64,000 nt of DNA from Candidatus Marinacidobacterales bacterium. GTDB taxonomy: Bacteria; Acidobacteriota; Vicinamibacteria; Marinacidobacterales; SMYC01. The notes below the pieces were generated by a model. That model did not search any database. It had not been told where the DNA came from and saw nothing but the letters and a program-made list of their open reading frames with translations. Shown here piece after piece: positions 63,772 through 64,000 of the stretch; position 1 is the first letter of the stretch, and each line of letters opens with the position of its first letter. The stretch covers positions 1,792,001 through 1,856,000 of the forward strand of contig CBDCYI010000005.1 in the NCBI GenBank assembly GCA_965224085.1, in the 5' to 3' direction. The position numbers were made by a program, and so were the translations under genes.

Positions 63772-64000
63772 CTACAGATCGGTGGACTCGCGCTCTTTTC
63801 TCGACCGCAGATTCTTGTGGATCAGCGTGCGGTGCATGCAAACTCCTTCGCCGCCCGGCTGATATTGCCATCCGTCTGCGCGAGTGCATAGTCGACGAAA
63901 CGGTCCTCGAGCTCTTGAGCATAGATCCCCGACAGCTCCTGAAGCTCATTCCGTCGCCTTTTGAGCTGCGAGTAGTCCTGTGGAACCTCAGCCATGATTC
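63772..64000 (-). pseudogene. C-terminal Fis-type HTH of a probable sigma54 activator (5'-partial), frameshift near 63839
   Basis: LEDRFVDYALAQTDGNISRAAKEF, then MHRTLIHKNL in another frame. Confidence 0.65.

Overview
GC-rich bacterial chromosome segment spanning the replication origin (rsmG'-jag-yidC-yidD-rnpA-rpmH <> dnaA-oriC-dnaN-gyrB-gyrA). The lineage is probably Acidobacteriota, inferred from gene content only. Housekeeping blocks: rluB-cmk-rpsA-ihfB-icmF, romR-like-birA-rlmD-comEC, an HtrA pair with uvrA, uvrD, rsmI-TPR-yvcK-glmU*-glmS, and a sugar-modification cluster. Eight IS copies of six types are present. Three near-identical ISNCY/IS5-like copies and one related DUF6788-carrying element all sit in TA(G/A)CTA sites; the others are IS1595, IS630, IS6 and a nested IS200-type element. 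About a dozen frameshifts or deletions fall only in dispensable genes, suggesting early genome erosion. Main leads: (1) a glmU whose uridyltransferase domain is degenerate, directly behind an intact yvcK/glmR and ahead of glmS, suggesting a split UDP-GlcNAc pathway; (2) two unannotated structured RNA candidates, one behind a sigma54 promoter and one split by IS630; (3) hexamer-targeted IS stacking; (4) an active plus catalytically dead HtrA pair. All calls come from reading the sequence; no database search was run.
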